A stretch of DNA of 64,000 bases, from positions 372,001 to 436,000 of the forward strand of contig OX597820.1 of assembly GCA_951406725.2 (NCBI GenBank). The letters run 5' to 3'. The notes under the pieces are model-generated. The model saw only the letters and a list, made by a program, of their open reading frames with translations, searched no databases and was not told the origin of the DNA. Both the position numbers and the translations under genes were made by a program. Below are positions 39,022-50,406 of this stretch, in pieces; the first letter of the stretch is position 1; each line of letters starts with the position of its first letter. The DNA comes from Octopus vulgaris (taxonomy: Eukaryota).

Positions 39022-39150
39022 AGAATCTGAGGAGAAAGTTGGCGGCAATGTGGAAACGGTAGAAATCAGTGACGATGATGAAGTGGAATTCATTGAAACA
39101 ACTTTTGAACCTGACCTTGTTGCGAACCGACCACATCAGCAGTCAGCAAC
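39022..39150 (+). CDS. SETDB1: SETDB1 exon with SIM-like motif (VETVEISDDDEVEFIE)
   Basis: ttacag/gtaagt boundaries, phase 2->2; resembles the acidic SIM region of vertebrate SETDB1. Confidence 0.85.
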
Positions 39151-40576
39151 GTAAGTTTATTGATTACATATCATACTGAAGTTTTCTAAAAAGAATGAAA
39201 TAGTACTATACATAATTTACAAACTTTGTTGATACAAAAAAAATAAATGGCTGGTGTTAGGAAGGGCATCCAGCTGTAAAAACTGTGCGAAAACAGACAC
39301 AGAAGTCTGGCGCAAGCTCTTGCCTATCCAGTTCCTGTCAAACCATCCAACCCATACCAGCGTGGAAGGTGGACGACGACTACGACGATGATGATGATGA
39401 TGATGAACTCCTTTGCATTTCTTGATTTCGAATTCAAATTTGAATTACAGAATTGCCCACATCAATTAATCAGATTGGTCTTTCACCAGCTGAAATATCT
39501 CATCATCTGTTCATGCCACAATGTCGGATGATAGCAGTAATTTGTTAACTGAACTGGTTGATCCTAGCCATTGACAGTTTCTTGTCTCTTCATCTGTTTA
39601 GCATTTAGTGATGTTTGCCATTGACTCAATAAGTTTGTCTGCTGAAATAATTCATGTCCACCATTCTGCATCTGATGATTTCAGGGAAATCCTGGTTTGG
39701 GTGCTTACCAGGTGGTTGGCCTTCACTGCATATATTAATTATTTATTTTTTAGTCGACAACAAATAATGTAGATAAGGTATTGGGCTCTTGATCATAAGG
39801 TTGTGTGTTCACTTCTTGGACCACATGACACATTGTATTCTTGAGCAAGGTACTTTATTTTACGTTGCTGTTGTCTTTTCAGCCAAGAATTGAGTTCTAA
39901 CGGAATGCTGGTGCATTGTTCCTGTGGCTATTCACACAATCTGTTGGGTTATCTCCCTTGCCTTGCATCTTTGTAATACCAGGAAGCTAAGTGGAAAAGG
40001 TGCTGGATGCATTGAATGAGAAAGGAAAGGGCTGCGATGAATAACTTCAATGCTTTTTATGTGGCATTTTGGTTTTACAATCTCAATTTTGTTGTGTTGG
40101 ACAGGTTTTCTTGACTACAGCAAAGCACCACATATCTTGGTTGTCTGTCATCTCCTTTGGACTTGGCATTTTCAAATTGGCCTTCAATACTTTCACTCCA
40201 TGTCCTCCTGGGTCTCCCTCTTCCCCAACTTCTCTCCACTTTATGCAAGTGTCCTCACCCATGTGCCAGTGGCACATAAAAAGCACCAACCGAATGTGGT
40301 CGATGCCAATACCCCTGACTGGCCCCTGTGCCAGTGGCAGGTAAAATGCACTATCAGAACATGATTGATGCCAGGCCCACCTGACTGTCTCCTGTGCCAG
40401 TGGCATGTAAAAACCACCCACTACACTCTCGGAGTGGTTGGCGTTAGGAAGGGCATCCAGCTGTAGAAATATCAGATTAGATTGGAGCTTGGTGCAGCCG
40501 CTGGCTCTCCAGACCTCAGTCAAACTGTCCAAGCCATGCCAGCATGGAAAACGGACGTTAAACGAGGATGATGATG

Positions 40577-40609
<33 letters not shown>

Positions 40610-40617
40610 CATACATA

Positions 40618-40792
40618 CAGGGATTGTATTGACTCGAATGGAAAAATGTGTCACTCAAGAAGGACTTTCAACAATTTTCATGATGTTTCATATTTCAAAT
40701 GCTTTTATTCAATTCATTCAGTTGTTAAACATAAATAAACATTGGAATTAAATGGTTTTGATTTACTGTCAGGTGGTTTCTGGCCAACCCTG
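40618..40792. mobile_element. Possible Tc1/mariner MITE remnant
   Basis: TA|CAGGG...CCCTG|TA. Confidence 0.4.
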
Positions 40793-40904
40793 TATATGTA
40801 TTGTTTATGATGTAGTACAAAGAAACATGCCCAAAGTAATTGGCCTGAAAGTGTGTACAGGTCTGCTCTTGGTTACTTTAGGTGAAATAAAACAGACTAC
40901 ATAA

Positions 40905-41245
40905 CTCAAACCCAACAACAGAACAGCTTGCTCGTGAAATTAACATGCAAGTGGCTGAGCACTCCACAGACACGTGTACCCTTAATGTAGTTCTCGGGGA
41001 GATTCAGCGTGACACTGACTGTGACAAGGTTGGCCCTTTGAAATACAGGTACAACAGAAACAGGAAGAAAGAGTGAGAGGAAGTTGTGGTAGAAGAGTGC
41101 TGCAGTGTTTGCCACCAGCCCCTGCTGGAGCCTCGTGGAGCTTTGGGTGTTTTTGCTCAATAAACATTCACAATTCCTAGTTTGGGAATCGAAACTGCGA
41201 GTCCGCTGCCCCAAACACTGGGCCATTGCGCATCCACACAGCCCA
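40905..41245 (-). mobile_element. tRNA-derived SINE, family 3; copies at 52855-53105 and 63680-64000
   Basis: Shared gaacagcctgctcgtgaaattaacatgcaagtggctgagcactccacagacac block and GGGAATCGAAAC (reverse B-box). Confidence 0.75.
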
Positions 41246-41381
41246 TGCATAACCTGACTCTTGTATCGATCTTACACCTGTTAGTCTATGTCTGTCTTCC
41301 CTTTTATGCATATGTTACGCATGTCCGCTTGATAACAAGTAATGATGTTTCTTGATCACGGTCTTAATATTTTTATCACAG

Positions 41382-41466
41382 AAATCCTTCCATGACCAAT
41401 GCTTCCAACATGGACTCACTGAGAGCAGCACTAACAGAAGCACTGAACAAACAGATGCCTTCTCAG
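41382..41466 (+). CDS. SETDB1: SETDB1 exon (NPSMTNASNMDSLRAALTEALNKQMPSQ)
   Basis: atcacag acceptor, CAG|gtaggt donor, phase 2->0. Confidence 0.8.
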
Positions 41467-43074
41467 GTAGGTTTTGTCCTAAAATTTTTCTTTTACATCA
41501 GACTCTCAAGAGGTGAAGCAGTACATGGGAATCAAAAGGTGTGTGGCCTAGTGGTCAGTGTTTGCACTCGTGATCGCAAGACTGGTTTCAATTCCCAGAC
41601 TGGGTGATTCATTGTGTATCTGAATAAAACACTTTATTCCACATTCATTCAATCCACTCATCTGTAAATGAGTAAATCTGTTACCAACTGGCAGAAATAT
41701 GGGATCCTTGCCCCTTGCATGCTGAAGGAATAGTGTGAGTGACTCTGAGTCTTAGGGACACAACAATAATACCGAGGGGTTGGTGATGATGATATACATT
41801 GGATCCAAACAAGCAGTGCCTCTGTTGAAATATTCCTCATACCCCCTAAATACTACTCTCTTTCTCTCAGTTGAGGGGTGTTTTGTCTTGCAAGGTACTT
41901 GGTGACCCTGTCATTGATTGTGCCACATAAAAAGCGCTCAGTATACTCTGTAAAGTGGTTGATGTTAGGAAGGACATTCAGCAGTAGAAATCCATCCCAA
42001 ACCGACAATGGAATCTCGTGCAGCTCCTGGCCAACTCTCCTAACCCATGCCAGCATGGTAAATAAATCTCGAATGATGATGGCTAGACATCATGTGATGG
42101 CTATAAATGAACATTGTTGTCATACAAGTGATATTGTTCATTTGCAGTCTTCCAGGTTTTTACTTGTCTAGCTCGGAAACAAGTGAGGGCTGACAACAGA
42201 AAGGGTGTCCAGCTCTAGAAAATTTGCTTCAGCAAATTCTGTTTGACTCATGTAAGCATATGATCCAGTAAAGCACATTTGTGGGGCTTTCATAAATTAA
42301 TTATAAGCATGGGTGCTTTTTACAAGGCACCATCACCTGTGCTTTTTATGTGGCAGTGTGGTTAAAAAGTTTACTTCACAACTATTTTGGAGGAATCTCA
42401 TTTCAGCCACTTGTGTTTGCAATTGTACTCTTTTTGTCATTTCCCAAGCTTTTCTGGCTTACAGTAATTAAAATTCCAATGTAATTAGTTTGTAGTGGAA
42501 ATATATAGTCAGAACAAGGTGTTGATGTGGCTGTGTGTATGTTATTACAAATAGCTCATAATGAGATGAAGAATAAATTCAAGACCTATATATTTACCAC
42601 ATAAAAATATATTTTATTTACTGGTCAATGATGATACATAGAACTGATATGTAGAATCTAGTTGAATGAAGTAATCTATGCAAGAAAGTTCAGAGATAAA
42701 AAATGTAGAAATAATAGCTAAGTGATGGTTTTCAGTCATGTGTCATAGAGAAAGAGACAGGCAGAGCAAAGACTTGAATGGCTCAGAGTCTAGTCGATTG
42801 AGAAGCGAAAAACTGGGTTAGCAAGCTGTTTTTATTAATGAAATGCTAGACATTCTAGAAACTTCTAAGAGAAACGCTAAGCTTCTTGAAAATGTGTGTC
42901 ATGAGAATCAAATCTCATGACACACATGCTTCGAGAAACTTAGAGAAGGGAGGTTACTCTATAATCTTTCTTGCAAGGGAGATCATTCAACTATTTTGCT
43001 ACGTAGACCACTACAAGTTGATATGTCATTGAAACTTTATTGTTTTGTTTCATTGATAATTTTATTTTTGCCAG

Positions 43075-43121
43075 GTCAATCAGTCTTTACACAAACCATT
43101 CTCTGACGAGGACCGTAAACT
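43075..43121 (+). CDS. SETDB1: SETDB1 exon (VNQSLHKPFSDEDRKL)
   Basis: ttttgccag acceptor, gtaagt donor, phase 0->2; bridges the flanking exon phases. Confidence 0.8.
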
Positions 43122-44752
43122 GTAAGTATCGGTCTATCTTTCTTTATCTCTTCTTCAGTTTCTATCTCTACACCTTTCTCTCTCTCTCTCTCTTTTTCTC
43201 AAGAGAGTGATAGCTTCTTAGCATAAGCTTGACTCTTAAACGGTAGACATATGCAAGCAGGCCGATGTTACACTATGCTAGAGCAGCCATTAACCTGTAT
43301 CAACAGGGGTGTCCTGTATCGTCTGTGTTTCGGTATGTCAGGTCTTCTCACAAGACTCTTTGTGTGGCATTGTTGAACCATTCCAATCCCAGAACTACCA
43401 GAACGATTCACAAAACTGGTGAGGCATTCTTCAGATGGATTTCAGATTTAAATTTGAAGGAGAGTGTGACTCCTTGTTTTGACACCAGGCAACTGATATT
43501 TGCTCATTTTCTGTCTTCTGTGAAAAACATGTCTAGTTATGGGAAAATATTACTTTGCTTGAAAGCAGGCGAGGGTTGGTGACAGGAAGGCCATCCAGCC
43601 GTAGAAAATCTGCCTCAGTAAACTCTGTCCAACTGATGCAAGCATGGGAAAGTGGACATTAAAACGATGATGATGTGATATTGTATAAAAGAACAACCTT
43701 ATGGTTGTTGTGAGTGATTGAAAAGCCCCCGGATCCAGGTGTGGTTATGTGGGGGCTGCAGGTATTTTATTGGTGGTGGTAGGGGGACAAGCATGACTGT
43801 GGTTAAGTTTGCTTCACAGCCATTTAGTTTTTGTCTGTGTCCACTACTGGCATCTTGGACAAGTATCTCCTTCCATCCTATTGATCAATACCTTGTTAGT
43901 GAAGGTTGTTGGACTGAAACTGCAGATGCACGTCTCGTGTGTGAGGGAAGGAAAAAGATAAGATGCTTCCTCTGAAGAAAACTGCTACCTTGTGTGGGTT
44001 TTCTTCTGTTCGAGTTGCACAGGCAGTCTCTTGTCACTCACCCCATTATAAATACAGTGAACCAGGGATTTACGCATTATCAATGACATTGTTATTCACA
44101 AGATGAGACATAAAATAATTGTTTCTAATTTTAGCATAAGGCCAGTAATTTTGAGGGGAGGGGGCATGTTGATTACATCGACCCAAGTTCTTGACTGATA
44201 CTTTGTTTTATCTTTCTGTAAAGGACGATAGGTGCAAGTGTGGCTGTGTGTTAAGATACTTGCTTTCTGACCATATGGTTCTGGGTTCAGTCCCCCATGT
44301 GGCACCTTGGGCAGGTGTCTTCTGCTATAGCCTCTGGCTGACCAAAGCCTTATGACTGGATTTGGTAGATGGAGACTGAAAGGAGTCCATCATGCATATG
44401 TGAGTTCCTCCCCTACTGCTTGACCACCAGTGTTGGCATGTTTACGTCTCCCCTATCGTAGCAGTTCACCAAAAGCAACCAATCGAATGAGTACCAGGCT
44501 TTAAAAAAAAAGAAAAAGTTGCGGGTTGATTCATTCAACTAAACATTCTTCAAGGCTGTGCCCCAGCATGGTCGCAGTCTAATGCCTGAAACTGGTAAAA
44601 GATAAGGAAAAGGACGAAAAGAAATACTACCAGTTAAGTACCAATGCCTGCTGGGAAAAGATTTTACTGGTTTGGGATGGTAGAGATTGTTTCTTTGATT
44701 AGTCCTGGAACCAGCTGGATTGATTTCAGTTAATTTAATATTTAATCAGTGA

Positions 44753-45380
44753 AGGTGGTGAGCTGGAAGAAACGGTAGCATGTCAGGTGAAATGCTTAGT
44801 GGTATTTCGTCTGTCTTTATGTTCTGAGTTCAAATTCCACCGAGATCGACTTTGCCTTTCATCCTTTTGGGGTTGATAAATTGAGTACCAGCTGCATACT
44901 GAGATCAATTTAATCGACTGACCCCCTTCCCCAAAATTTCGGGCCTTGTGCCTAGAGTAGAAAAGAATATCTAGGTCTCTGTAAGGCGGTGAGCTGGCAG
45001 AAACGTTAGCATGCCTGGTGAGATGCTTGGCAGTATTTCGTCCACCTTTGCATTTGAAGTTCAAATTCTGCTGAGGTCGACTTTGCCATTCATCCTATTG
45101 GGGTCGATAAATTAAGTACCAGTTGAGTACTGGGGATCGATCTAATTGACTGCCCCCCCCCCCATATCATAATTTCGAGCCTTGTACCTAAAGTAGAAAA
45201 GATTATTAAAAGGAGGCAAGCTGGCAGAATCGTTAGCACACTGGGCGAAATGTTTAGCGGTATTTCATCTATCTTTATGTTTTGAGTTCAAATTCCACTG
45301 GAATTTGCCTACTGGAGTTGATCTAATCGACTGCGCCTTCCCCCAAAATTTTAGGCCCTGTGCCTAGAATAGAAAAGAAT
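44753..45380 (+). mobile_element. Three head-to-tail copies of SINE family 2
   Basis: Units start near 44753, 44985 and 45212; each ends in gtagaaaaga-like sequence. Confidence 0.85.
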
Positions 45381-45768
45381 ATTTAATCAGTGGCTTGTTG
45401 GAGAAAACCTACCATTTGACCAAAGGGCAGCTGAAATTTGGACCAGTTAGTAAACTAGGAATTGTTTACATAAAAGGTTTGCTGTTGTACCTGAGTGCCA
45501 TTTCAGTAGTTTGGATTTGGTAGACAGAAATTGTGTGTGTGTAGGTTGCCGTCCCATTGCTTTGACATTGTGTGATAGCTATAATATTCTGTGACAACAT
45601 GTCTCGTCATGAGGAAATAACTTACTTGAAAATAGGTGAGGGTTAGCAACAGGAAGGCCATCTGCTGTAGAGAAATCCATCTCAGCAAATTCTGCCTTAC
45701 CTTGGAAAAGTGAACCTAAAAATAATATTACATTTTATTCTGCTTTTTTTTTTTTATTTTTGTTTCAG

Positions 45769-45865
45769 GTTTGATATCAGTGTTGGCAGTAAGGTACTTG
45801 CTAAAAAGTTGAATGATATCTGGTATAAAGGTATTGTTCAGGAAGTAAGCCAAAAAGAACGATCG
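45769..45865 (+). CDS. SETDB1: SETDB1 Tudor domain 1, first half (FDISVGSKVLAKKLNDIWYKGIVQEVSQKERS)
   Basis: Long poly-T tract plus tttcag, gtaagt donor; similar to human SETDB1 RILGKKRTKTWHKG (recalled). Confidence 0.9.
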
Positions 45866-45950
45866 GTAAGTCAAATCTAATTTGACGAGTGTCTGAAGAA
45901 ATGTATTTCTGCAGAGAATGATTTTGTGAATTCTTTGTCCTTTTACTTAA

Positions 45951-46157
45951 CCCTTTAGCATTCAGCTTTCTCTGTCAAATGTGATGCTCATTTATTCCAC
46001 CTTGTTTTGAATTAACAATGCATTAACTTCTTACTCTGAGATTTTGATGGTGCGATTGCTTATTTTAAGAATAACATTAAAGCATAGGTGTGAGGGGCCA
46101 GAATCTAATTGATTTAGAATATTTTGGCCAGATTTGGCCGATTGAAATGCTAAAGGG
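45951..46157. mobile_element. piggyBac-type MITE; second copy 57659-57832
   Basis: TTAA|CCCTTTAGCATT...AATGCTAAAGGG|TTAA. Confidence 0.8.
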
Positions 46158-46873
46158 TTAAATAATGTACATTGTAATCCTTTGTGTGTGTGTATGTGTG
46201 TGCATGGCCATTATTTTCCTGAATTCATCTCTTTTGATGTTACACACATGATCTGCTGTAACTTCTGCCATATATTGTTATAAATTCTCAAGTTTTTGAA
46301 TTACCAGTTTTAATTTCTAAGACTGGAATGTCTTTAGAAAGAAGGCAGAAAATTTAAGATATAAGCTTTGCATGGCTGTGTGGTAAGAAGCTCACATGGT
46401 TCTGTGTTCAGTCCCACTGTGTGGCACCTTGGGCAAGTGTCTTCTACTATAAGCTTGGGCCAACTAAAGCAGTTTGAGTGGATTTGGTAAATGGAAATTA
46501 AAAGAAACCCATCATATGTGTGTGTGTGTGTGTGTATCATCATCATCATCATCATCATCGTCGTTTAGCGTCCGTTTTCCATGCTAGCATGGGTTGGACA
46601 GTTCTATTGGGGTCTGTGAAGCCAGAAGGCTTCATCAGGCCCAGTCAAATCTGGCAGTGTTTCTACGGCTGGATGCCCTTCCTAACGCCAACCACTCCGT
46701 GAGTGTAGTGGGTGCTTTTTACGTGCCACCCGCACAGGTGCCAGACAGAGCTGGCAAACGGCCACGAACGGATGGTGCTTTTTATGTGCCACCGGCACAA
46801 GGGCCAGGCGAGGCTGGCAACGGACACGAAACGGGGTGGTGCTGGCAACGGTCGCGAAACGGAAGGTTCTCTT

Positions 46874-47168
46874 ACATGCCACCGGCACTGGTAACACATC
46901 TGCAATTTCCATTGATCGATTTCCATTCTGATCCTCACTTGCCTCAACGGGTCTTCACAAGTAGAGTTTTGACATGCCACCGGCACTGGTAACACATCTG
47001 CAATTTCCATTGATCGATTTCCATTTCTGATCCTCACTTGCCTCAACGGGTCTTCACAAGTAGAGTATCGACATGCCACCGGCACTGGTAACACATCTGC
47101 AATTTCCATTGATCGATTTCGATTCTGATCCTCACTTGCCTCAACAGGTCTTCACAAGTAGAGTTTTG
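46874..47168. repeat. Three ~98-bp tandem repeats in the RTE 3' UTR
   Basis: acatgccaccggcactggtaacacatctgcaatttccattgatcg... at 46874, 46972 and 47071. Confidence 0.9.
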
Positions 47169-47238
47169 TGTCCCAAGAAGGGAAGGTATGCATACGTAGG
47201 CTGGCTCCATCCCAAGTAGAAGGCCACGGGTTATGGAC

Positions 47239-50200
47239 TCACTTGTCCTGCCGGGTCTTCTCGCGCACAGCACACTTCCAGAGGACTCGGTCTCTAGTCA
47301 TTTCCTCAGTGAGACCTAAAGTTCGAAGGTCGTGCTTCACCACCTCGTCCCAGGTTTTCCTGGGTCTGCCTCTTCCACAGGTTCCCTCAACCGCTAGGGT
47401 GTGGCACTTTTTCACACAACTATCTTCATCCATTCTCGCCACATGACCATACCAACGCAATCGTCTCTCTTGCACACCACAACTGATGCTTCTTAGGTCC
47501 AGCTTTTCTCTCAAGGTACTTACACTCTGTCGATTATGAACACTGACATTACACATCCATCGGAGCATACTGGCTTCATTTCTTGCGAGCTTACGCATAT
47601 CCTCAGCAGTCACGGCCCATGTTTCACTGCCATGTAGCATGGCTGTTCGTACACACGCATCATACAGTCTGCCTTTCACTCTGTGCGAGAGGCCTTTTGT
47701 CACCAGCAGGGGTAAGAGCTCTCTGAACTTTGCCCAAGCTATTCTTACTCTAGCAGTTACACTTTCAGCACACCCGCCCCCGCTGCTGACTTGGTCACCT
47801 AGGTAACGGAAACTATCAACTATTTCTAGTTTTTCTCCCTGGAAAGTGACGGAAGTTGGTCTCAGAGCATTTTCAGTGTTTATTGTTCCTGAGCATCTGC
47901 CACATACAAAAACCATCTTCCTAGTTAGCCTTCCTTTGACATTGCTGCACCTCTTATGTGTCCATAGCTTACACTTGGTGCATCTTATAGAGTTTCTACC
48001 TACACCTTTTCTACAGATCGAGCAGGGCCATCTACCTGAAGGCGTTTGTGATTTGTCTACCTTCCTACTGATTACGACTTTTGTTTTAGCTAGATTGACT
48101 CTGAGGCCCTTCGATTCTAATCCTTGTTTCCACACCTGAAACTTCTCCTCCAGTTCTGATAGTGACTCAGCAATTAGAGCAAGGTCATCAGCATAGAGGA
48201 GCTCCCAAGGGCATCCTGTCTTGAATTCCTCCGTTATTGCCTGGAGGACTATGATAAATAGGAGGGGACTGAGTACTGAGCCTTGGTGGACCCCTACCTC
48301 TACCCGGAATTCTTCACTGTACTCGTTTCCAACCCTCACCCTACTAGCAGCGTCCCTATACATGGCCCGCACAGCTCTCACTAACCATTCATCTATCCCT
48401 AGTTTCCTCATTGCCCACCAGATAAGGGATCGGGGGAACCTGTCGAAGGCTTTCTCCATGTCAACAAAGGCCAGGTACAGGGGCTTATCTTTGGCTAGGT
48501 ATTTCTCCTGCAGCTGCCTTACCAGGAATATAGCATCAGTAGTACTTTTCCCTGGCACAAACCCAAACTGCATCTCATCTAAACTAACTCTCTCTCTAAT
48601 TAGTTGGGCTATGACCCTCTCCGTAACCTTCATCACCTGATCCAACAGCTTGATACCTCTGTAATTATTTGTATCTAGGGCGTCACCTTTACCTTTGTAG
48701 CAGTTGACTATTATGCTGCTACACCAGTCATTGGGTATGACTCCTTTGTGTATCACCTGATTAACTATATGGGTGACTAGGCTATAGCCGACACTACCAG
48801 ACATTTTGAGCATCTCTGCAGTGATTCCTGATGGGCCTGGGGCTTTTCCTGACTTCATGCTTCTAATTGCCTTAGCTACCACGGAACTATCAACTCGGAT
48901 AGCTGGTCCCTCTGTTGGGTCAACATTCGGCAGACTCTCTTTATCCCATTCATTTTCTTTATTCAGCAAACTTTCATAGTGGCATCTCCAAGCCTCTCTC
49001 TTTGCATCCTCATTTAGCGCAAGTGAACCATCTTCCATGCGAACACACTTCTCTCCTACCACATCACGATTCTCTCTCACACACTGTCTTGCAACGCGAA
49101 ACACCTCCAGTCTTTGGTCCTCACGGCGCAGAACATTGGCAAATTTTTTCTTATCTGCTTCCCCTCTGGCTAAATAAACCTGTCTCTTAGCTTCTCTTTT
49201 GGCAGTCTGATACAATTCCCTGCTACCCCCATTTTTCCAGACCTTCCAAGCCTGTCTCTTTTCTCTAATAGCCCTGTCTACAATATTGTTCCACCACCAT
49301 GTTATTCTAGGTCGAGAGGGGACTTTGCTCCAGCCACAGATCTGGTCAGTGGCTCTCAGCAGGTTGTCCCTTAGAAACGTCCAGCTGTCTTCTACCCCCT
49401 GTGATGCTCTATCCCCTTCTACTTCGTCAGAGGCTTCAAGTAATATGTCTCTAAATCTCTGTCCATTTGCAGGATCTTTAAGCTTCCAGATCCTTCTTCT
49501 CCATATTGGTCGTCTTCTGGTTGTCCTCCTAGTCCTGATCCTAAAGTCACTAACTACCAGTCTATGTTGTGGGGTACATTCTTCACCTGGGAAGGTTTTG
49601 GCATTTATAAGCAGCCATCTCTCCCTTTGCCTTGCAAGGATGTAGTCAATTTGGCTGGTATGTTGGCCCGATCGGTAAGTGACTAGGTGGCTGGTAGGTT
49701 TCCTGAAGTTAGTGTTGCAAATCATAAGATTATTTGCATCGCAGAACTCCAGCAGCCTGGTTCCCTCCTCGTTTCGGGAGCCATAGCCATAGCCTCCATG
49801 TACGCCATGGAAGCCCCCAGCATGTCGTCCAACATGACCATTGAAGTCACCAGCCATAAAGATAAGGTCTCTGTCGTTCGTCAACGAGGTAGTCTGCAGT
49901 AGAGTGTCATAGAATCGGTCTTTCTGTCCATCGGGTAGCCCCGACTGAAAAGCATAGGCTGATATAATGGTTGCTAAACTATGATGAAGCACTAATCTAA
50001 TCTTAAGTATTCTGTCACATACTCTGATTACCTCAATTACTTTATCTACCCATTTCTCAGCGATAAGTATACCCACGCCACCAACCCCGTCAGTGTTCCC
50101 TGCCCAGAAAATCTTGTACCTGCGTTCCTTGCCTGTGAGGAACCTAGCTGATCCTCCTCTCCACCTTATTTCTTGCATGCAACATATATCCACACATCTC

Positions 50201-50406
50201 CGTTCAAGCATCTCGACTATCTCACCAGACCTACCTTTCAGAGTACCAACGTTGAGGGTGCCAACCCTGAGGGTGTGGGAGGCATGGGCTCTAGAGACCC
50301 TGGGACGGTGGACAGTAGCTTCGTGTACCTGAAAAGAAAGCTCGCATTTGGCAGAATTCATGTGCAAGAAATGAAGTAGTGAAGTAGCCTTCAGTACAAC
50401 CTGCAT
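47239..50406 (-). CDS. RTE LINE protein: APE endonuclease, reverse transcriptase and Cys/His-rich PHD-like insert (1055 aa)
   Basis: TLNV, QE, GDFN, QIDYIL (APE); GVHQGSVLSP, YADD (RT); CSIC...CTKC...HKRC...CGRC; no stops. Confidence 0.95.
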   Translation of the reverse strand: MQVVLKATSLLHFLHMNSAKCELSFQVHEATVHRPRVSRAHASHTLRVGTLNVGTLKGRSGEIVEMLERRCVDICCMQEIRWRGGSARFLTGKERRYKIFWAGNTDGVGGVGILIAEKWVDKVIEVIRVCDRILKIRLVLHHSLATIISAYAFQSGLPDGQKDRFYDTLLQTTSLTNDRDLIFMAGDFNGHVGRHAGGFHGVHGGYGYGSRNEEGTRLLEFCDANNLMICNTNFRKPTSHLVTYRSGQHTSQIDYILARQRERWLLINAKTFPGEECTPQHRLVVSDFRIRTRRTTRRRPIWRRRIWKLKDPANGQRFRDILLEASDEVEGDRASQGVEDSWTFLRDNLLRATDQICGWSKVPSRPRITWWWNNIVDRAIREKRQAWKVWKNGGSRELYQTAKREAKRQVYLARGEADKKKFANVLRREDQRLEVFRVARQCVRENRDVVGEKCVRMEDGSLALNEDAKREAWRCHYESLLNKENEWDKESLPNVDPTEGPAIRVDSSVVAKAIRSMKSGKAPGPSGITAEMLKMSGSVGYSLVTHIVNQVIHKGVIPNDWCSSIIVNCYKGKGDALDTNNYRGIKLLDQVMKVTERVIAQLIRERVSLDEMQFGFVPGKSTTDAIFLVRQLQEKYLAKDKPLYLAFVDMEKAFDRFPRSLIWWAMRKLGIDEWLVRAVRAMYRDAASRVRVGNEYSEEFRVEVGVHQGSVLSPLLFIIVLQAITEEFKTGCPWELLYADDLALIAESLSELEEKFQVWKQGLESKGLRVNLAKTKVVISRKVDKSQTPSGRWPCSICRKGVGRNSIRCTKCKLWTHKRCSNVKGRLTRKMVFVCGRCSGTINTENALRPTSVTFQGEKLEIVDSFRYLGDQVSSGGGCAESVTARVRIAWAKFRELLPLLVTKGLSHRVKGRLYDACVRTAMLHGSETWAVTAEDMRKLARNEASMLRWMCNVSVHNRQSVSTLREKLDLRSISCGVQERRLRWYGHVARMDEDSCVKKCHTLAVEGTCGRGRPRKTWDEVVKHDLRTLGLTEEMTRDRVLWKCAVREKTRQDK

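Noticed and set aside
42540-43015. Possible solo LTR (TG...CA, LTR-like composition)
   Set aside because: No TSD, partner copy or PBS/PPT found; boundaries unsupported
47846-50379. Plus-strand ORFs overlapping the RTE ORF (and those overlapping Gypsy pol)
   Set aside because: Antisense shadows of real coding sequence with no recognisable motifs
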